Notes: a model not told the origin generated them from the letters alone. A stretch of 64,000 bases of DNA from Candidatus Thorarchaeota archaeon (GCA_016933575.1 JAFGAR010000146.1:50130-114129), one strand, 5' to 3'. Shown: positions 1 through 10,094, numbered from the stretch's first letter. A program made the numbers and translations.

Positions 1-157
1 ACATATCAAAGAGTCGTTCCAGTAGATTCATCTTATTCTATCCAATCAATCCTTTGGATGGATTGCAGAAAAGAATTTGGAAGTAGACATTTGATTGTCT
101 ATCAGTACCTGAACATAACACTACGGAACAGATTATAAGAAGTCTTCCCAGTGGTGA

Positions 158-484
158 TTGAAATCGATGAGTATGAAGCGTCTGTTGTGGTGGATTATTG
201 CTGGTACCCGCGGAGGAGCGAACCGGGCAAGAATCATTACTATTCTGCATGATAGGCCATCAAATGCAAATCAATTAGCAGAGATGCTCAATCTCGATTA
301 CAAGACCATACGTCATCATCTTGATGTCCTCACAAAGAATGGGATTATCGTTACTCAGGGGGATGGGTATGGTATGGTCTATTTTCTCTCTGTTGAAGTT
401 GAGGAAGAGTATGCTATTTTTCAAGACATATGGGAGAGATTTGGGAAAACACGGAAAAGCAAAACCCGCTCTGAGGAGGACTAA
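158..484 (+). CDS. ArsR-type winged-helix transcriptional regulator (archaeal family)
   Basis: LLWWIIAGTRGGANRARII...RPSNANQLAEMLNLDYKTIRHHLDVL..NGII is the typical archaeal ArsR/wHTH pattern; true start may be ATG 167 or 173. Confidence 0.85.
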   Translation: MKSMSMKRLLWWIIAGTRGGANRARIITILHDRPSNANQLAEMLNLDYKTIRHHLDVLTKNGIIVTQGDGYGMVYFLSVEVEEEYAIFQDIWERFGKTRKSKTRSEED

Positions 485-486
485 TA

Positions 487-909
487 ATGAAACACACTCG
501 ATTGTTGATTTGGATTATAGTATCAGTAGTTGCAGCCATTATCTTAGGATTTATTCTATCCCCCATCGTATTGAAACCTCCTGCTCAACCCCCGGCTCCA
601 ATCCCTCCTGAAGGTAATGACCAACTTGCGTTCCTTGTCACTCTAAAGACAATTGTTTCCTTCGTGAATATTGCTTTGATTGCCACATTGCTTGGACTCT
701 ACTATCGGATCTACTCAGAGATACGATCACGATTCACACTCGGCCTAATCCTCCTCATCCTTGTACTTTTGATGTATGCCATCACTTCAAATCCCCTTAT
801 TCACATTCTCTTTGGGTACTATCCCTTTGGCTTAGGACCCTTCACTGTTCTTCCTGACCTATTCTCATCCTTTGCTCTCATCGTTCTTCTCTATCTTAGC
901 TCAGAATAG
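487..909 (+). CDS. Small membrane protein (about 4 TM), probably co-transcribed with the ArsR regulator
   Basis: Hydrophobic helices; starts 2 nt after the ArsR stop; GAGGAGG upstream. Confidence 0.75.
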   Translation: MKHTRLLIWIIVSVVAAIILGFILSPIVLKPPAQPPAPIPPEGNDQLAFLVTLKTIVSFVNIALIATLLGLYYRIYSEIRSRFTLGLILLILVLLMYAITSNPLIHILFGYYPFGLGPFTVLPDLFSSFALIVLLYLSSE

Positions 910-960
910 GGTAAGATTTGGGAATGATTCAGGTGAGAATTCGGTTAGAGATTATATAGT
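908..960 (+). promoter_or_regulatory. Four imperfect 11-12 bp direct repeats followed by a TATA-like box
   Basis: AGGGTAAGATT / TGGGAATGATT / CAGGTGAGAATT / CGGTTAGAGATT, then TTATATA at 952-958, upstream of the 1020 gene. Confidence 0.4.
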
Positions 961-1019
961 ATTCACATCAAGCTCTTGCTCAGATGACATTCTAACCGAA
1001 ACCCGGAGAAATATCTACC

Positions 1020-2519
1020 ATGACTGAGAACACGCCTCAACAAAACCAGCCGCGCCTTTTTGATAGGAGTCATCTCCGTGACTACACACTATTCACAATT
1101 GGTCTTGGGTTCATAATCAGTCTATACTATGTCTTTTCTGGATCATTTTCAAATGGACCTGGTCGTTCACCCTCACCTCCAGGAGGCTTTAGCCCTCCTG
1201 CGGATTCTGTGGTCATGCCAAATATGCCGGGATTGATGTACAACATATGGCCTCTCTGGGGTCAGTTAGTTGTTCCATCTCTGGAAGGTGTAGCAATTGC
1301 TGTTCTAGCTATCACTCTTTTAGGCATTTCATTACTTGCTCTGAAGAAGCGCCAGTACAGGTTACCAGCTCTTCCAATTCTCCTCACGTTGGGTCTTGTC
1401 CTCATAGTCCTCACAAATCTCATACATGGATGGACTACAGGGATTGCGGATACTATTGGTGCTGCTAGTGAAATATACTCAGACATCTCTAAAGTAGTAG
1501 ATCCGATATCCTTCATCTCCAACTACAACTCACTCCAAGAAATTCTCTCTCTCCACGCGCAGACCCAACCCCCAGGAGCAGTTCTTGCAATCTATCTCCT
1601 TAACTTGATATTTCAGACCCCTGCGTTCATAGCCATCGGACTCAGTGTGATCTCTGGTATTCTCTCTGCATACTTCATCAATGGGCTCTATACCCGACTC
1701 TTTGAAAAGGAGTCAGCAAGATATGGTGTCTTTCTCTATCTTCTATTGCCTGCAGTTCAAGTCTATTATCTGGCTAATATCTATGCTATCGTAGCGACTC
1801 TTGCCGCAGGAGCGTCGTATTTCTATTTTCATCCCAATAAGATAGTCAGTCTGATTGGCATAATAGTGACTGTGTTTCTTGGAACTTTCATCTCATTCCT
1901 CTTTGTCTATATTCCAATTCTCTTTCTGACCTATGAGTTACTGAATTCTTGGTCTACATCCCGGAATCAACCTCTTTCCACGAGGGTGTTCCATTGGATG
2001 TTATCTCTCAATAAGATCATAGTGGCTGGAGTATGCATAGTCCTTGTCTATGCTGTCCTGTATTTTGGACTTGGTTTCAGCTATGTGCAAGCCTTTCTCT
2101 ATGCGAGTTCACTTGAGAATCCTAGTGGATTCATGCTCCTAGCTAGTCCTCTCGATTATGTTGTCACTAGGTTGCAGGATATACTTGACATCGTGGTCTT
2201 CTTTGGACCCGTGTTATCTGTTTTAGCGTATCGTGGCTTGAAATCAATGAAGCTCACAATGCCTCTAGAAGAGAATGCGACCAAAACATTCAATCTTGTT
2301 GCTGCTTCTCTTGTAGCCTTGCTTCTGCTCTTCGTAACAGGAGCTCCCAAAAAGGGCGAGACCGCACGCATCTGCATGTTCGTACTTCCGCTACTCTTGA
2401 TTCCCGTACTCTACTATCTCAATAATACTGCTTTTAGTCGGGCTGAGAAGATCAAACTCCTGCTACTGGTTTTCGGGCAGGCGGTACTGCTACAGTTATT
2501 TGGTCTTTACATATGGTAG
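1020..2519 (+). CDS. Polytopic membrane protein, probable GT-C-fold glycosyltransferase
   Basis: More than 10 TM helices, luminal loop with HAQTQPPG and C-terminal GETARI motif resembling GT-C mannosyltransferase-like families. Confidence 0.5.
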   Translation: MTENTPQQNQPRLFDRSHLRDYTLFTIGLGFIISLYYVFSGSFSNGPGRSPSPPGGFSPPADSVVMPNMPGLMYNIWPLWGQLVVPSLEGVAIAVLAITLLGISLLALKKRQYRLPALPILLTLGLVLIVLTNLIHGWTTGIADTIGAASEIYSDISKVVDPISFISNYNSLQEILSLHAQTQPPGAVLAIYLLNLIFQTPAFIAIGLSVISGILSAYFINGLYTRLFEKESARYGVFLYLLLPAVQVYYLANIYAIVATLAAGASYFYFHPNKIVSLIGIIVTVFLGTFISFLFVYIPILFLTYELLNSWSTSRNQPLSTRVFHWMLSLNKIIVAGVCIVLVYAVLYFGLGFSYVQAFLYASSLENPSGFMLLASPLDYVVTRLQDILDIVVFFGPVLSVLAYRGLKSMKLTMPLEENATKTFNLVAASLVALLLLFVTGAPKKGETARICMFVLPLLLIPVLYYLNNTAFSRAEKIKLLLLVFGQAVLLQLFGLYIW

Positions 2520-2568
2520 AATCGTGCGGCCTCAGCCCACCCTTTTTGGGATTTTGCAGTCGTAAGAG

Positions 2569-2605
2569 AATGGTCACTAAGCCAAAGCGCTAAATAGTGA
2601 CCATT
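2569..2605. promoter_or_regulatory. Perfect 11-bp inverted repeat around the putative ABCE1 promoter
   Basis: AATGGTCACTA (2569-2579), 15-nt spacer, TAGTGACCATT (2595-2605). Confidence 0.5.
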
Positions 2606-2644
2606 GTCTCACTTGGACAGCTCTTCTATGGGTGTGAAGTATAG

Positions 2645-4465
2645 ATGCGTATTGCCATTGTAGACCGAGCCAGATGTAGACCAAAGGACTGCTCTCACGA
2701 ATGTCAGAGGTTCTGTCCTCGCGTTCGTACTGGCGACGAGACCGTGATCTTTCCAGAGGGTCCAGACAAACCTCCTGTCATTGTCGAAGCCTTATGTAGT
2801 GGTGAGGCCATATGCGTCAAGAAATGTCCCTATCACGTCATCAAGATTGTAAATCTCCCTGAAGAGCTGGAGTCTGATACTAGCCATCGATACAGTGTGA
2901 ATGGCTTCAAGCTGTTCCGTCTCCCAACACCTAAAGTGGGCCAGGTACTTGGATTGATTGGACCAAATGGTGTCGGAAAGACAACAGCAATCCAGATACT
3001 TGCTGGTGAGCTGAGACCAAATATGGGTCGAATTGACAATCCTCCTGAATGGGATGAAATTATCCATCAATATCGCGGTTCTGAACTTCAACCCTTCTTT
3101 GAACGGATTCAGGCAGGTAACATTGTTCCTGTACACAAACCTCAGACCATCACAGATATCCCAAAAATGAAAGCTATTGCGGATCGCCCCATCAGTGACC
3201 TTCTTGAGTCTTCAGATACATCTGGCCGTCTTAAAGAACTCAAGGATGACATGAATCTTGGAGACATCTGGGACCGTCCTGTCAAGGTCCTCAGTGGCGG
3301 CGAGCTCCAACGTGTGGCTATCACTGCAGCTCTTGTCCGTGAGGGTGACATTTACTTCTTCGACGAACCCACTGCGTATCTTGACGTTCGTGAACGTCTC
3401 AGGGTAGGACGCGCAATACGTCAGCTTGCTGACCTAGGAAAGACAGTCATCGTTGTTGAACACGACCTGTCTATCTTGGACTATGTATCTGACCTCGTGT
3501 GTCTATTTTACGGCAATCCCGGAGTGTATGGTATTATCTCCAATCCTCATGGTACCAGAGTAGGAGTGAATCAGTTTCTTGATGGATTCATTCCTGATGA
3601 GAACATGCGATTCCGTGACACCTCAATCTCATTCAAGGGAATGTCTACAGAGGATATTGAGTTCACCTCTTCTGAGCCCCTCGTTGAATATGGGAACATG
3701 AAGAAGAGCTTTGAAGATTTCTCTCTAGAAGTGATGAGTGGTAGAGTCTCGAAGGGACAGGTCATTGGAATTCTTGGACCTAATGGTATTGGTAAGACAA
3801 CCTTTGTACGAATGCTTGCTGGCGAGCTTGACCCTGATGAGGGTGAGGCACCAAAGAAGACGATCTCTGGGCTTGATCTGAAGATCAGCTATAAGCCCCA
3901 GTATATTCCCAAAGACTTCGAGGGCAACTTGCGGATGTATCTCCGAGAGGCTGGTGGAAATACCATCGATAGTGCTGACTTCAAGACATCGGTCATCAAT
4001 AAGCTAGAATTGGAGCATCTATTAGACCACCAGATCCAGGACCTAAGTGGTGGAGAACTTCAACGAGCTGCAATTGCAGCCTGTCTCTCTCGAGAGGCTG
4101 ATATCTACCTGTTGGATGAACCCTCTGCCTTCTTGGACATCGAACAGCGCCTTGCTAGTTCAAGAGCTATACGAAGGCATGTTCGGATAAATCTGAAGAC
4201 TGCATTTGTCGTCGAACACTCAATTCTCATGGCTGACTATCTCAGTGACAGCTTGGTGGTGTTCAAAGGAAATCCTGGAAAGACTGGTATTGCCTCTTCT
4301 GTTCAGACTCTACGTAGTGGCATGAATTCCTTCCTCAAGGAGATGGGCGTGACTTTCCGGAGAGACCCCCAGACTGGTCGTCCCCGAGTGAACAAGGATG
4401 GATCTCAATTAGACTCTCAACAGAAGGCATCCGGTGATTATTACTACGTGGGAAAAGGCAAGTAA
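2645..4465 (+). CDS. rli: Ribosome recycling ATPase ABCE1/RLI
   Basis: N-terminal Fe-S Cys cluster (CRPKDC..C..FCP), two ABC domains GPNGVGKT and GPNGIGKT, LSGGELQR signatures, C-terminal TFRRD..TGRPRVNK. Confidence 0.97.
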   Translation: MRIAIVDRARCRPKDCSHECQRFCPRVRTGDETVIFPEGPDKPPVIVEALCSGEAICVKKCPYHVIKIVNLPEELESDTSHRYSVNGFKLFRLPTPKVGQVLGLIGPNGVGKTTAIQILAGELRPNMGRIDNPPEWDEIIHQYRGSELQPFFERIQAGNIVPVHKPQTITDIPKMKAIADRPISDLLESSDTSGRLKELKDDMNLGDIWDRPVKVLSGGELQRVAITAALVREGDIYFFDEPTAYLDVRERLRVGRAIRQLADLGKTVIVVEHDLSILDYVSDLVCLFYGNPGVYGIISNPHGTRVGVNQFLDGFIPDENMRFRDTSISFKGMSTEDIEFTSSEPLVEYGNMKKSFEDFSLEVMSGRVSKGQVIGILGPNGIGKTTFVRMLAGELDPDEGEAPKKTISGLDLKISYKPQYIPKDFEGNLRMYLREAGGNTIDSADFKTSVINKLELEHLLDHQIQDLSGGELQRAAIAACLSREADIYLLDEPSAFLDIEQRLASSRAIRRHVRINLKTAFVVEHSILMADYLSDSLVVFKGNPGKTGIASSVQTLRSGMNSFLKEMGVTFRRDPQTGRPRVNKDGSQLDSQQKASGDYYYVGKGK

Positions 4466-4474
4466 TTGTTGAAG

Positions 4475-5302
4475 TTACTTATTGAGTCGACGATGCCAGT
4501 ATCTCTTTCCATCTTTTTGTTCATCTAGCTCTGCAAGTATCTTCACAGCTTCATTACCGCATTTAATGACATCTGCCTCTCCCCTGACTGCAAACTCATC
4601 CCGTACGCGATTTGCATAGACTGCACAGGCAGCTCCGGTCCTGAATCCATAGATATTGCCGAGAGTCAATAATGTTGCAGCCTCCATCTCAAAATTCATC
4701 ACATTTGCCTTAGTTAAGTCTTGAATCAGTGTTTCACTCATAGTCTGCGTATACCCATTGAATCCCGGTCTTGATTGACCAAGATAAAATGAATCAGTTG
4801 AAGCAGAGATTCCCAAATGATAGGTCAAACCTAGCGTTTCTGCCGCCTCAACAAAGGCAAGAATGACTTCATAGCACGCTGAAGCAGGATATTCTTGCCT
4901 AACATATTGTTTACTTGTCCCTTCTAGGCGTACTGCTCCAGTGGTTATGATAATGTCACCAATATTGACATCTTCCTTCAGAGTCGCACATGATCCAATT
5001 CGGAGAAATGTGTCTGCTCCGACATTGGCGAGTTCCTCGATCACAATCGCTGTACCTGGCCCTCCGATTCCTGTGGAACATGCAGAGATGTCCTTCCCCT
5101 TGTACTTGCCTGTGTGAGTCACAAACTGACGGTGGGAAGCAGCCTCTCTATAAGAGTCCCAGTGAGCACTTATTCGCTCCACTCGTTGTGGATCTCCTGG
5201 TATCAGAACAGATCTAGCAACATCTCCTTCCTTGACCTCAAGATGGTATTGCTTCCTGTCAAGTGTAACTGGTTTTTTTGCTGAAACCTTCTTGTCTGTC
5301 AT
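4475..5302 (-). CDS. udp: Uridine/nucleoside phosphorylase (PNP/UDP family)
   Basis: YHL, PGDPQRV, STGIGGP, LRIGSC, NFEMEAA motifs; start set at ATG 5302 (MTDKK). Confidence 0.9.
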   Translation of the reverse strand: MTDKKVSAKKPVTLDRKQYHLEVKEGDVARSVLIPGDPQRVERISAHWDSYREAASHRQFVTHTGKYKGKDISACSTGIGGPGTAIVIEELANVGADTFLRIGSCATLKEDVNIGDIIITTGAVRLEGTSKQYVRQEYPASACYEVILAFVEAAETLGLTYHLGISASTDSFYLGQSRPGFNGYTQTMSETLIQDLTKANVMNFEMEAATLLTLGNIYGFRTGAACAVYANRVRDEFAVRGEADVIKCGNEAVKILAELDEQKDGKRYWHRRLNK

Positions 5303-5428
5303 TTCTCTACCTCTCGGATACCTTTTATTGTAATCAGAATTCCCTTTTGTATTCAACGCCTAGCCAGTCTCGTTAAGCATATAGGAAGAATCGGCTACAA
5401 AAAGGGCGTATCACTGAGGTAAAACGTT

Positions 5429-6316
5429 ATGACATCACTCGATGAACTGGACCATCTCAGCTTGGGAAAACGAGTACGCTTACACAGAATGATGTATGAA
5501 CACGGCCCTGGAAACGGGAAGTTAATGATACTTCCTATCGACCAAGGTCTAGAACATGGTCCGGTTGACTTCTTTACCAATCCTGCATCAGCTGATCCTG
5601 AGTATCAATTCAAGCTTGCTGTTAAGGGCGGTTATTCAGGCATTGCGTTACATCTTGGTCTAGCAGAGAAATATGGTCCAAAATATGCTGGAAAGATACC
5701 TATGGTCCTGAAGATAAATGGCAAGACACGGATTCCCCCAGCCAATGAACCAATATCTCCAATGACTGGTTCAGTAGAGGACGCGGTACGAATTGGAGCC
5801 GATGCCATTGGTTACACATTGTATGTTGGTAGTCCCAATCAGACCCTTGATTTCACGCAGTTCAGGAAGGTCAAGAAAGATGCAGAGAGATATGGAATGC
5901 CTATTATCATGTGGGCATATCCGCGAGGTGAGGCTGTCGATAAGAAGGGGGGTCGTGACTCGCTCTATGCTATTGATTATGCCGCACGTGTAGCTGATGA
6001 GCTGGGTGCTGACATTGTGAAACTCAATGTACCTGAAGATGATCCCAAGATACGTTCCCTGCAGCCCAGTCCCTATGATAAATTGGAGCTAAGCTATGAG
6101 GAACGTGTTCGAAAGGTTGTGAAGACAGCAGGCAAGTGCATGGTGTTATTCTCTGGCGGTAGTCGGGTTAGTGATGATGATGTCATCCATCGAGCCAAAG
6201 TATGCCTCGAAGAAGGTGCAACAGGTCTCATATTTGGGAGAAATCTGTGGCAGAGAGAATGGACGGATGCACTTGCAATGACCAAGCGGCTCAAAGATAT
6301 GATAAAGAACCTGTAA
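5429..6316 (+). CDS. Class I fructose-bisphosphate aldolase (DhnA/FbaB family)
   Basis: LPIDQGLEHGP, MWAYPRG, ELGADIVKL (Schiff-base Lys), FGRNLWQ. Confidence 0.9.
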   Translation: MTSLDELDHLSLGKRVRLHRMMYEHGPGNGKLMILPIDQGLEHGPVDFFTNPASADPEYQFKLAVKGGYSGIALHLGLAEKYGPKYAGKIPMVLKINGKTRIPPANEPISPMTGSVEDAVRIGADAIGYTLYVGSPNQTLDFTQFRKVKKDAERYGMPIIMWAYPRGEAVDKKGGRDSLYAIDYAARVADELGADIVKLNVPEDDPKIRSLQPSPYDKLELSYEERVRKVVKTAGKCMVLFSGGSRVSDDDVIHRAKVCLEEGATGLIFGRNLWQREWTDALAMTKRLKDMIKNL

Positions 6317-6448
6317 TCGTACAGTCATATTTGCCACTCACACTGTTGCCTTACTAAATGATAACTATTATATGGGGAAAGAATAGTCGAAGGTCTCAGC
6401 GGGGCATGATTTTTTGCAGCCTCCAAGAAAAAAGATTGAAGGAGCGAA

Positions 6449-7603
6449 ATGCAAATGGTCGAAACCACCATTAGCGTGATTAAAGCTGATATTGGATCAC
6501 TAGCTGGTCATGTTGTTGTTCCCGACTTCCTCTTTGAATTGGCAAGGAAGTCGTTGAAAGAAGCCGTGGAGAAGAAAATAATCAATGACTTCCACGTATC
6601 AAATGCTGGAGATGACCTCGAGCTTATAATGACCCATAACAAGGGTGACGGAAATGAGGAAGTCCACAAGTTAGCTTGGGACACATTCATCAAAGGCACA
6701 GAACTTGCGCGGAAGAATAAGATCTATGCAGCAGGTCAAGATATCCTTGCTGACACTTTCAGTGGTAATGTGAAGGGTATGGGTCCCGGTTCAGCAGAGA
6801 TGACTTTTGAAGAGCGAAAGTCGGAACCTATTGCAGTCTTTATGGCTGACAAGACTGAGCCTGGAGCATACAATCTACCACTATTCAAGATCTTCGCAGA
6901 CCCATTCAACACAGCGGGTCTTGTTATTGATCCCAATCTACACGATGGATTCCGTTTTGTCATTCAGGACATCATGAAGGATGTACCATGCTTCATTGAA
7001 ATGAAAGCTCCTGAAGAGATGTACGACATACTGGCGCTTCTTGGGAGCACTGGTCGTTACACTATCAAGAAGGTCTATCGCTATGATGGAATGATCACGG
7101 CATCTGTGAGCACTGACAAACTCCATGCAGTCGCTGGTAAGTATGTTGGCAAGGATGATCCTGTTGCCATCGTACGCGCACACTCTGGTCTTCCAGCTAT
7201 GGGCGAAGTTCTAGAAGCATTTACACTTCCTCACCTGGTATCTGGTTGGATGAGAGGATCACATACAGGACCTCTCTTGCCTGTTGGTCTGAAAGACTCT
7301 CGATGTACTCGTTTCGATGGACCTCCAAGAGTAATAGCACTTGGTTTCCAAGTCTCCCACGGAAAACTACTTGGTCCTGTGGATCTCTTTGATGACGTTG
7401 CCTTTGACATCAGCCGTCAGAGAGGTATGGAGATGGCCGACTACCTACGAAGACATGGACCATTCCAGCCTCACAGACTCAGCGATGATCAAATGGAGTA
7501 CACGACACTACCCAAAGTACTCACAAGATGTGAAAACCGATTCGTCACAAAAGAAATCGTACCCACTGGAAAGGCTAAGGATCACTCTAGCTCTGCAGAG
7601 TAG
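6449..7603 (+). CDS. fbp: Bifunctional fructose-1,6-bisphosphate aldolase/phosphatase (FBPase class V)
   Basis: IKADIGS..GH, GDDLELIMTH, ADKTEPGA, YVGKDDP, GWMRGSH, MEYTTLP. Confidence 0.96.
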   Translation: MQMVETTISVIKADIGSLAGHVVVPDFLFELARKSLKEAVEKKIINDFHVSNAGDDLELIMTHNKGDGNEEVHKLAWDTFIKGTELARKNKIYAAGQDILADTFSGNVKGMGPGSAEMTFEERKSEPIAVFMADKTEPGAYNLPLFKIFADPFNTAGLVIDPNLHDGFRFVIQDIMKDVPCFIEMKAPEEMYDILALLGSTGRYTIKKVYRYDGMITASVSTDKLHAVAGKYVGKDDPVAIVRAHSGLPAMGEVLEAFTLPHLVSGWMRGSHTGPLLPVGLKDSRCTRFDGPPRVIALGFQVSHGKLLGPVDLFDDVAFDISRQRGMEMADYLRRHGPFQPHRLSDDQMEYTTLPKVLTRCENRFVTKEIVPTGKAKDHSSSAE

Positions 7604-7666
7604 AAGTAAGTGCGGGATTCAATACTCCCGCCCCTTCATCCTTTCCAAATTAGAGATATTCATACA

Positions 7667-7957
7667 CTATCCAGTTCTTTTAATGATATGATATCCAAAT
7701 TTCGTCTTCACCGGATCTATTGTCATTGCTCCAATACTCAGACCAAATGCAGCTTTTTCGAACTCTGCCACCATCTGCCCTTTTGCGAACCAACCGAGGT
7801 CACCGCCCTTCTTCTTGGAAGGACATGTACTGTATTCTCTAGCAATCTTTGTGAAATCTTCTCCAGAGTTGATTCTCCCAATGAGTGCCTGAGCTTGGCT
7901 ATGCTTCTCTACAAGGATATGACTTGCGCGTACCTTTCCGCCTTTTACTTTTGACAT
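7667..7957 (-). CDS. ppiC: Parvulin-type peptidyl-prolyl cis-trans isomerase
   Basis: [12 protein letters not shown]...[28 protein letters not shown]. Confidence 0.95.
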   Translation of the reverse strand: MSKVKGGKVRASHILVEKHSQAQALIGRINSGEDFTKIAREYSTCPSKKKGGDLGWFAKGQMVAEFEKAAFGLSIGAMTIDPVKTKFGYHIIKRTG

Positions 7958-8093
7958 ATAATCACCAAATTATGGTTAGATAGTTCTACCATTATAGAGA
8001 GTGTCTTAAAGTTGTCCACATACACTCTAGCTGAGAAAGGCAAGAATTTATGACGAAAGAAGCTGGTACTCTTACACTCCAAGGGTGTGAAAG

Positions 8094-9134
8094 ATGAAAG
8101 CAACAGTATTTCACAAACATGGTTCTCCTGAGGTTCTCTCTTACGAGGACTATGATGACCCTCAGGTCACATCAAATCAAATACTAATTCAGGTTAAAGC
8201 CGTGGCTTTGAATCATCTAGATCTCTTTGTTCGTAGTGGGATTCCCGGTCTCAATCTAGAGATGCCTCATATCCTTGGAAGTGATATCAGTGGAGTGGTT
8301 GTGGAACTTGGTAAGAATGTCCAGAACTCATTCCAAATCGGTCAGCAGGTCATTATAGATCCTGGAATATCCTGTGGTATTTGTGAGTTCTGCATCCGTG
8401 GTGAACAATCACTCTGTCCTTCATATGGAATTCTTGGCGAACACTATCGCGGCGGATATGCAGAACTTCTAGCAATAGACGCTAAGAATGTTGTACCAAT
8501 CCCTGGTGATGCGCCTCTTGATATTGTGAATGCTGCTGCCGTACCGCTTACTTTAATGACCGCGTGGAGGATGCTAATATCCAAGGCTCAGATACAACCT
8601 GGTGACGATCTATTAATCATAGGCATTGGCGGGGGTGTAGCTCTAGCAGGGCTTCAAATTGCTAAGACTGCTGGCGCAAGAGTAATTGTCACAAGCTCGT
8701 CGAATAGTAAATTGGAGCGAGCGAAAGAACTGGGAGCTGATATTGTAATCAATCACAATGAGATGCCGGATTATCATAAGGAGATAGGTCGATTAACAAA
8801 GAATCGTGGTGTTGATGTCGTTCTTGATTCTGTAGGCCAGGCTACTTGGACTAGGAGCTTGAGAAGCCTACGGAAAGGTGGTCGTCTGGTAACATGTGGG
8901 GCAACCTCTGGACCTAATGCTGAAACAAATATCAACTCTGTATTCTGGAGACAGCTTGAAATCCTTGGCTCAACGATGGGAAGCCGAGATGAACTACGCA
9001 CAGCACTGAAATTGGTCTGGAATGGCAAAATTCATCCGGTAGTTGACAGAGTCCTTCCTCTCTCAAAGGCAAGAGAGGCTCATGAGCTATTAGAACGTGG
9101 TGAGCAGTTCGGAAAACTGGTGCTTACACCTTAG
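8094..9134 (+). CDS. Zn-binding medium-chain dehydrogenase/quinone oxidoreductase-like protein
   Basis: ALNHLD, PHILGSD, CGICEFC..G...LC, GIGGGVA, GKLVL. Confidence 0.9.
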   Translation: MKATVFHKHGSPEVLSYEDYDDPQVTSNQILIQVKAVALNHLDLFVRSGIPGLNLEMPHILGSDISGVVVELGKNVQNSFQIGQQVIIDPGISCGICEFCIRGEQSLCPSYGILGEHYRGGYAELLAIDAKNVVPIPGDAPLDIVNAAAVPLTLMTAWRMLISKAQIQPGDDLLIIGIGGGVALAGLQIAKTAGARVIVTSSSNSKLERAKELGADIVINHNEMPDYHKEIGRLTKNRGVDVVLDSVGQATWTRSLRSLRKGGRLVTCGATSGPNAETNINSVFWRQLEILGSTMGSRDELRTALKLVWNGKIHPVVDRVLPLSKAREAHELLERGEQFGKLVLTP

Positions 9135-9212
9135 GAGTTAGTAATACCTAGATACGCACCAGAATCAGACACCGTTTCTTTACGGGTTTTGTAATGACTG
9201 ATATTGGTCACT

Positions 9213-9443
9213 ATGAGAGTCGTCACTATCTGCTTACCAGAATCTTATGTTGAAGGCGTTGATGAACTGATAGGCCAGAACAAGTATCCGAATCGTTCGG
9301 AAGTCATTCGAATTGCTATCAGAGATCTTCTTGTTGATGAATTATGGGGTGAGCGAAAACCATCCGGTGGCATTCCTCTTCTTGCTCAGTTAGAGAAGAT
9401 GGCACTTGTCCAACAGACTCCTGAACCAAATCCCCCTGCTTGA
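9213..9443 (+). CDS. Ribbon-helix-helix regulator, CdrS/aCcr1-like
   Basis: MRVVTICLP..YVEGVDELI...KYPNRSEVIRIAIRDLL matches the RHH/CdrS pattern. Confidence 0.8.
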   Translation: MRVVTICLPESYVEGVDELIGQNKYPNRSEVIRIAIRDLLVDELWGERKPSGGIPLLAQLEKMALVQQTPEPNPPA

Positions 9444-9527
9444 TGAGTATAACTGAGCTATCTTTTTCTATATCTATGTTGCATTTGTGACTACTAGCTC
9501 GCTAACTATAAAGGAGCGAATCTGAAT

Positions 9528-10094
9528 ATGTCACGATTCTTTAAGCGCAAGAAATCAGAAGAAGAAAAAACAGAAACAGAGAAGGTAGAGTCCACAGAGG
9601 ATGCTCCAACTGGGACTGAAACCACTGAAGAGGAAGTTCATGAAGCTGAAGGTGCAGAGGCTGAAATTGAAGCAACACCTACAGGTCGACAGGCAACTAT
9701 TCCTTATCATTCAACAATTCAAGAGCGTCTAATGTACATGTTCAATGATTCGCATATGGGCGCAGGAATTGAAGGGACCGATGAATTCTACATCGAGTTC
9801 ATGGCCATGGGTGAACGTTTCTGGATTGGAAAAGCTCCCCTTGGAGACATTGCGATGAAGACGGGTGCAATGACCGAACAAGACGCACATGTTCGAATGT
9901 CGAACGATGTTGTTGCAGACCTGCTCTCAGCTGCAACGTTCTCAGAGTTCTCAAAGATTTATCTCCAGTACTACAAAAATGCTGAGGCTGGTAAGTTCAT
10001 CAAGATTGAGGTACGAAAGCCAATAACAGATCTGAATAGACGGGGATACGCCCGAGTACCAGTCATGAAGCTTCTAATTGGTTCTGCCAGATAG
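9528..10094 (+). CDS. Hypothetical protein: basic N-terminal tip, acidic linker, possible SCP2-like domain
   Basis: AGGAG RBS; MSRFFKRKK then a Glu-rich linker; C-terminal beta-beta-beta-alpha pattern reminiscent of SCP2. Confidence 0.6.
   Translation: MSRFFKRKKSEEEKTETEKVESTEDAPTGTETTEEEVHEAEGAEAEIEATPTGRQATIPYHSTIQERLMYMFNDSHMGAGIEGTDEFYIEFMAMGERFWIGKAPLGDIAMKTGAMTEQDAHVRMSNDVVADLLSAATFSEFSKIYLQYYKNAEAGKFIKIEVRKPITDLNRRGYARVPVMKLLIGSAR

Noticed and set aside
7610-7954. 114-aa plus-strand ORF and the many similar nested ORFs in the track
   Set aside because: Antisense or out-of-frame shadows of well-supported genes (here parvulin)
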